64,000 nucleotides of DNA from contig JBLDXI010000004.1 in the NCBI GenBank assembly GCA_047495785.1, positions 2,046,001-2,110,000 on the forward strand. The letters are read 5' to 3'. This stretch comes from Lepidodermella squamata (lineage: Eukaryota; Animalia; Gastrotricha). Position numbers and translations under genes: made by a program. The notes beneath the pieces are model-generated. The model was not told where the DNA came from, made no database searches, and saw only the letters and a list, made by a program, of their open reading frames with translations. Positions 62,901 to 64,000 of this stretch are shown in pieces. The stretch's first letter is position 1, and each line of letters opens with the position of its first letter.

Positions 62901-64000
62901 AAAGGTTACATGCTACTCGTTCGACTACAACTCGTTCCAGTGCCAGACGGACGTTATCGGCTGCTCGCAACTGCCTGCCGGGCCGTCCGGTGCTACGAAC
63001 GGTGCGTGGACCCGATTACCAGCCGCCGCTACGTACGCCTCACTTGCCTCCTGCACGTCCTACGCCCCATCAGCGTACAAACGATGCACCCGCCGTGCTA
63101 CAGGTCAGCAATTTTTTTATCATACAGGCGTGCACTTGAGGTATTCTGAGCAGCAGGAATATGCTTTTTCAATCCAGATTTCGATTTGGATGAGCTTCGT
63201 TTTAACTCGGGTTTTTAGCAAGGGGAGAATAGCAGGTGAAGGTTCAATACAGAGCACGAAGTACCGCTAAGGCTGGTAGGGATCACTGAATCAATGACCA
63301 GACGGTGGGATAGAGATCACTGATTTTCTTATTCATCGCCGGTTCACTGTCTGGTTCAGAACGATAGCATCATACGTCTGAAAATCATTCAAAATCATCG
63401 CCATCAGGCTGGGTCGAAAATATTCTAGCCGCAATTTTCAGCAATTTATTTTATGACAAAAATTGAAAATCGGCTTTTCTTATTCTAATAAATACCTACA
63501 GTTCGACATTTGAACGTTAGATATCAAGGAGAATTACAAAGCCTTGAAAACACATCTCACGTTTCTATCTACGTGTATTGACACTAGGTACGATCACGTG
63601 CCGTCCGGACGTGGCCGACTGCTGGTCGCCGACTGACCAGACGCTGCGCGAGTACTCGGTGACCGGGGCGACGTACGCATCGACGACGCTGTGCACGGCT
63701 GTCGTCGAGTACTACTACTGCTACGACACGGCGAATCCGACGACGGTGACGTGCCGCGACGCGAGCGTCGGCTGCGGCACACTCAAGCCACTGCGAGACT
63801 TCTCGTCCAACGTCGCCAACATCCGCGTGTTCTCCGACCAATCGTCGTGCCTCGCCTACAACCCCGGCACGTGGTACAAGTGCACGGTCAACGGCGTCAC
63901 CGTGTGCCGCCCGCTCAACGCCGAGATGGACTACACGGCGCCCACAACCTCCGTCAAGTGCCTCGCCACTGAAACCGTGAGTGACATCTCAACTTCTTAA
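59999..64000 (+). CDS. Secreted Cys/Thr-rich multi-repeat protein, many small exons, continues beyond the window
   Basis: Signal peptide MALRFVSSTLAVLAVAVMPITRVNA (exon 59999-60094), then exons encoding ~45-aa 4-Cys units; splice donor at ~63978. Confidence 0.78.

Overview
Eukaryotic DNA, probably from an invertebrate animal (inferred), with short GT-AG introns. The window is built around a diverged tandem duplication of a ~10.8-kb block (GPCR 3' end, Cys-loop ion channel, ABCC/MRP transporter, secreted Cys-rich gene). Copy A (~750-25741) has been inflated to ~25 kb by transposons and has lost two of the four genes; copy B (~43290-54042) is intact. Copy A holds a 12.9-kb Ty1/copia LTR element (8653-21565, minus strand, GTTTG TSD). 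Removing a nested TA-flanked element from it by hand reveals an in-frame env-like glycoprotein after RNase H: signal-like segment, RKRR site, N-glycosylated helical region, TM helix and YxxPhi tail. This is the most striking find. Also present: a CR1-clade LINE inside the LTR, a MULE transposase fused to a Ulp1-type protease, many MITEs, an ankyrin gene, a serine protease-3xCCP gene, a DUF1295 gene, a three-member family of secreted 14-Cys proteins ending in RG* that the ORF track misses, and a secreted Cys/Thr-repeat gene running off the right edge. All alignments and gene models were made by eye.
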